DNA from: an uncultured delta proteobacterium
Lineage (GTDB): Bacteria > Myxococcota_A > Polyangia > Polyangiales > Polyangiaceae
Assembly: GCA_963696385.1 (NCBI GenBank)
Contig: CAVOKF010000007.1
Span: forward strand, 896,001-960,000
Reading direction: 5' to 3'
DNA length: 64,000 bases
Position numbers and translations under genes: made by a program. The first letter of the stretch is position 1, and every line of letters starts with the position of its first letter. The notes under the pieces are model-generated. The model saw nothing but the letters and a program-made list of their open reading frames with translations, was not told the DNA's origin and made no database searches. Positions 62,313 through 64,000 of the stretch are shown piece by piece.

Positions 62313-63746
62313 TCACCCCGCCGCGGCGCGCTGGGCGGACGCCCGACTCAGCCACGCGTCCACACCGGCCGCTACCCGGCGACCATCGGCGATGGCCCAG
62401 ACGACGAGCGACTGTCCCCGCGAAACGTCGCCCGCGGCGAAAACCCCAGGAATGCTCGTCAAGCCGCTCCGATCGGAGCGCACGTTGCCGCGAGCGTCGA
62501 GGGCCAGCCCGAGGTCTTCGACCAGCCCTCGCCGCTCCGGTCCAACGAAGCCCATGGCCAGCAAAACGAGTTCGCAGGGAATCAGCAAATCGGCTCCCTC
62601 GACCGGACGCATCCTGCCCCCTTCGAACGCAACACGCACGGCGTCGAGCCCCACCACCCGTCCTCCCTCGCCGCGGAAGCCGCGCGTCGAGACCGCCCAA
62701 TCGCGCTCTGCGCCCTCCTCCTGCGAGCTCGAGGTCCGAAGAACGAGCGGCCATTCGGGCCACGGATTGGTGGGAACGCGCATGAGGTGGGGCTTGGGCA
62801 TGAGCTCGAGCTGCGTCACGCTCACCGCACCCTGCCGCAGCGACGTTCCGACGCAGTCGGATCCCGTATCGCCACCCCCGATGACTACGACGCGTTTGCC
62901 GGTCGCCAGGATCGCGCTCGACGAATCGAGTGTATCGCCCGCGATGCGCCGGTTCTGTTGCTCGAGAAACGCCATGGCGAAGTGAACCCCGCCGAGCTCG
63001 CGGCCTGGGGTCACGAGATCGCGAGGAGTGCGCGCTCCCATCGCCAGCACGACGGCGTCGAAATCGCGAACGACTCGATCGGCCCCGAACTGACCGCCGA
63101 CATCCACACCGGCTCGGAAGGTTACCCCTTCGGCACTCATCTGTTCGATGCGGACATCGATGATGTCCTTTTCCATCTTGAAGTCAGGGATTCCGTAACG
63201 TAGAAGCCCCCCGATCCGGTCGTCTCGCTCGAACACCACGACATCGTGCCCGGCGCGGGCCAGCTGCTGCGCCGCCGCCAGTCCCGCGGGCCCCGAGCCA
63301 ACCACCGCGACCCGCTTTCCGGTTCGAATGGCTGCGGGCCGGGGAATGGCCGCCGTGTGCTGCAATCCGTGATCGGCGATCGTCCGCTCGATCGTCTTGA
63401 TCGTGACGGGCTCTTCTCGGATGTTGAGCACGCACGAGGCCTCGCAAGGTGCCGGGCAGATTCGGCCGGTCACTTCCGGAAAGTTGTTCGTCGCGAGCAA
63501 GCGCGTCACCGCGAGATCGATTTTGCCCTTATGCACCAAGTCGTTCCACTCGGGGATCAGGTTTCCGAGAGGACAGCCCTGGTGACAGAACGGAATGCCG
63601 CAGTCCATGCAGCGCGAGGCCTGCTCGCTGACATGACTTTCGGATGCCGGCTGAACGATCTCGCTCCAGTCCCGGACCCGCTCGTCGACGGGCCGCTCGT
63701 CTTCCTCGACGCGTGCGACCTTCAGAAAGCCCTTCGGATCACCCAT
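62313..63746 (-). CDS. gltD: Glutamate synthase small subunit
   Basis: MGDPKGF, RCMDCGIPFCHQGCP, GRICPAPCE, GSGPAGL, IGGGDTGSDC, GQSLVVWAIADGR. Confidence 0.95.
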   Translation of the reverse strand: MGDPKGFLKVARVEEDERPVDERVRDWSEIVQPASESHVSEQASRCMDCGIPFCHQGCPLGNLIPEWNDLVHKGKIDLAVTRLLATNNFPEVTGRICPAPCEASCVLNIREEPVTIKTIERTIADHGLQHTAAIPRPAAIRTGKRVAVVGSGPAGLAAAQQLARAGHDVVVFERDDRIGGLLRYGIPDFKMEKDIIDVRIEQMSAEGVTFRAGVDVGGQFGADRVVRDFDAVVLAMGARTPRDLVTPGRELGGVHFAMAFLEQQNRRIAGDTLDSSSAILATGKRVVVIGGGDTGSDCVGTSLRQGAVSVTQLELMPKPHLMRVPTNPWPEWPLVLRTSSSQEEGAERDWAVSTRGFRGEGGRVVGLDAVRVAFEGGRMRPVEGADLLIPCELVLLAMGFVGPERRGLVEDLGLALDARGNVRSDRSGLTSIPGVFAAGDVSRGQSLVVWAIADGRRVAAGVDAWLSRASAQRAAAG

Positions 63747-64000
63747 GGCCACCTGCTGCCTTCGCGGCGGCCGGTTGCCCAGCGCGCATCGTGAGTACCC
63801 GCTTCCACTCGTGGGGCATGACTTTCACGAAGTGTCGCTTGGCCCATGTCGTTAGAACGAACTTCGCCCTCACGCTCGCCGTGTGCTGAGCATGCTCTTC
63901 GACGAGCGCCCGGACGAGATCCTCGTCGTCGCGTGTCATCGGCTCGAGCTCGACCATGGCTTTGCTGAGCCGTCCCGCCAGCGCGCGGTCGTCGTCGAGG
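63739..64000 (-). CDS. gltB: Glutamate synthase large subunit, C-terminal fragment
   Basis: MVELEP...EEHAQHTASVRA...FVKVMPHEWKRVL, overlapping the gltD start. Confidence 0.88.
   Translation of the reverse strand, partial: LDDDRALAGRLSKAMVELEPMTRDDEDLVRALVEEHAQHTASVRAKFVLTTWAKRHFVKVMPHEWKRVLTMRAGQPAAAKAAGGHG

Overview
High-GC bacterial chromosomal window. Gene content (Hanks-type Ser/Thr kinase with a PEGA-like partner, many Cys-rich lipoproteins, a giant TPR protein, an atypical Hsp70) points to Myxococcota, probably Polyangiaceae-like; this is inference. About 38 CDS: housekeeping and proteostasis genes (DUF2126-type protein, prlC, ackA, sppA, trxA, rnr, cbpA/dnaJ-like, trmH-like, tamB plus Omp85, ClC, gltBD) interspersed with uncharacterised cell-envelope modules. 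I found no rRNA, tRNA, CRISPR array or mobile element. Most striking pattern: all four apparent frameshifts (cbpA-like, tamB, two in the ~4000-aa TPR gene) are repaired by removing one T from GATTC to give GATC, which suggests a motif-specific sequencing error that may reflect DNA modification at GATC. Best candidate new systems: (i) giant TPR protein, J-domain/TPR protein and a lid-less Hsp70 with a 60-bp tandem-repeat insertion; (ii) a two-lipoprotein plus small beta-barrel operon; (iii) a kinase-PEGA-Cys-rich lipoprotein trans-envelope module; (iv) a TraAB-like OmpA and Cys-rich lipoprotein pair. All family assignments come from motif recognition by eye; no searches were run.
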